Shown in pieces: positions 62,200 to 64,000 of a DNA stretch of 64,000 bases. Source of the stretch: Eledone cirrhosa (lineage: Eukaryota); NCBI GenBank assembly GCA_964016885.1, contig OZ024751.1, positions 41,106,001-41,170,000 of the forward strand, written 5' to 3'. Both the position numbers and the translations under genes were made by a program. A model generated the notes under the pieces. The model was given only the letters and a program-made list of their open reading frames with translations. It made no database searches and was not told the DNA's origin. How positions within the stretch are numbered: position 1 is the first letter of the stretch; every line of letters begins with the position of its first letter.

Positions 62200-63039
62200 C
62201 ACAACTGTGATAATTGCCTGTTGAACATTCTGCAACTTGAGAATTACGTATTCAACAGTTAGAACAAGTGGAGCTAGATCGATACTTATCAATTGATCTG
62301 ATACGATTTCCCTTCTCATTACTTACATATTCCGGTTCTCTTACAAGTCAATAAGTCAATGGACACGATATAATTGATAATAAACCAATATTCCAATTGT
62401 CAAGGGAGGGAGCCTACAACGATGGCGTGGAGTCTCTTTAGACTTAATAAACTAGATAAGAACGAACCATGTTGCACTGTCATTAATGTAGAAGATAGCT
62501 TCAAGCTGTTCACGTATCATATACGAGAGTTGGCTGGTTTATAGGCTGACTATGAAGGATTGATGCTAGAGCTGTGAAATCTTGCATGCATTAATTTCAA
62601 CTCTTCTTATTAATAAATGCATTGTTTCTTTCCAGGGACTATGTTGAAAAATAAACCACATTTGGTCAATCCATGAGAGTATCTTGGTCAGCCTATGAAC
62701 TTTTCAAGCGGCCATATTGAATCCTTTTTTTAAAGGGGAATTTCATGTAAGAAGAAGACACAGTAAGAGAGAAAACTGGGGTCTAGCGACTGTCCCTCTC
62801 CACCCCCTCTCATTCTTTCGTTCCTTGATCCTCCCTTCTTTTTCTTCTTTTCTCTACCACCAGCACCAGCACCACCACCACCACCACCATTAGCATCTGA
62901 CCACTGTCACTACCATCATTACGATCATTACCACAACCACTGCTACCACTACAACCATCACCTGACCACCACCACCACTACCACGACCACCACTACCATC
63001 ACCACCACCATCTGACCACCACCACCAGGGTAGGGGAAC

Positions 63040-64000
63040 ATTTAGTCGTATGTGTGAAAACCGCCTGTATTTTTCTGACAACGTTTACATCAAATGGGCA
63101 GCTGATCTCCACAACAGAACACGTTTTCAATGTGCGGTCCCAAACAACAATATCAGGCCGGTTTGCTTTAATTTGGTGGCAGTTTTTATTTTCAGGTTCC
63201 ACCAATATTCCTTAGTGCCATCTGTCTCAATATATTCTTCCTCGTTTGTTGTTAATTTTGTTTTCCGAAGTGCGTTCCAGATAGTTCTAGCTATCCCATC
63301 GTGTCTCATGGGGAGGTAGTAGCGAGATGACATTCTTTCGCAGCTGGCAACAATGTGGCTTACATCCTCGATCTTTGTTTTACATAGCCTACATTTACTG
63401 TCAGCTGATGGCCTTCCTCTTTTGTGCAGCAGATATTTGGTAGGGAGTTCTTGTCCCTGTATTGCATAGAGATATCCCTCAAGGTGTGATGTCATAAACT
63501 TGTCGGAACTCCATGCCAGGCTTTTTGAGTGGTTTATCCCCCTCTATGGTCTTTGTTTTACATCTCAAGTATCCATGCACAACTTTTTCTGTAAATTGGT
63601 CAATTTTTTCATCTTGTTTGAACATTGAATAGGATCTTCCGATTTCTCTGGGTGAGAGATTTATATCAGACTTTATTCCATATCTCTCCTCCAGATCAGT
63701 GGCTATCCTAATGATATTTTTTTTTCATGCTCATAAACCTGGGCAAGATGGTTGCCAACCTTTTTCCTCTGTTGAAGATGTGGCTTCTGTGTTACTATCC
63801 GGGTCTCATATGATGTTAATATGGATTTTAGACCCCGGCCACCTTCCTTGCGTGAGAAGTATAGCCTATCCACATCACCATTGATGTTAAAGTTCCCAGT
63901 AACACTGAGAAGTTTGCGAGTTCTAACATCCATCTTACTTAGTTCTTGCAATGACCAGTTCAGCAGGCCAAATGTTGGCGTTAGAATTGGCACAGTATAA
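63040..64000 (-). mobile_element. Frameshifted R4/Dong-like non-LTR retrotransposon 3' part (RT C-terminus, CCHC knuckle, REL endonuclease); continues beyond the window
   Basis: DVDRLYFSRKEGGRGL; CRLCKTKIEDVSHIVASC...RHD; NRPDIVVWDRTLKTCSVVEISCPFD (PD..D..E REL motif). Confidence 0.85.

Overview
AT-rich eukaryotic genomic DNA, most consistent with an octopus (coleoid cephalopod); this is inferred from the effector-less C2H2 gene cluster and the SINE types. Positions 1-31.6 kb are a tandem cluster of seven C2H2 zinc-finger genes (9-19 fingers, each CDS in one exon) plus the 3' tail of an eighth. Next come a 5-exon RPL24 (minus strand), whose intron 3 holds two box C/D snoRNA candidates, and, 240 bp away and divergent, an 11-exon CEP97-like gene. 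That gene keeps the IQ/coiled-coil block and has an FN3 domain, but appears to have lost the N-terminal LRRs. The rest is repeat-rich: tRNA-derived SINEs, RTE, R4/Dong and mariner relics, MITEs and mini/microsatellites. The most striking unannotated signal is a set of minimal type I hammerhead ribozymes with palindromic stem III: five structurally complete and many degenerate, all in short non-coding elements near (TA)n tracts. Two form partial tandem repeats (466 and ~490 nt monomers) resembling non-LTR retrozymes or non-autonomous Penelope-like elements. All calls come from manual reading; no searches were run.
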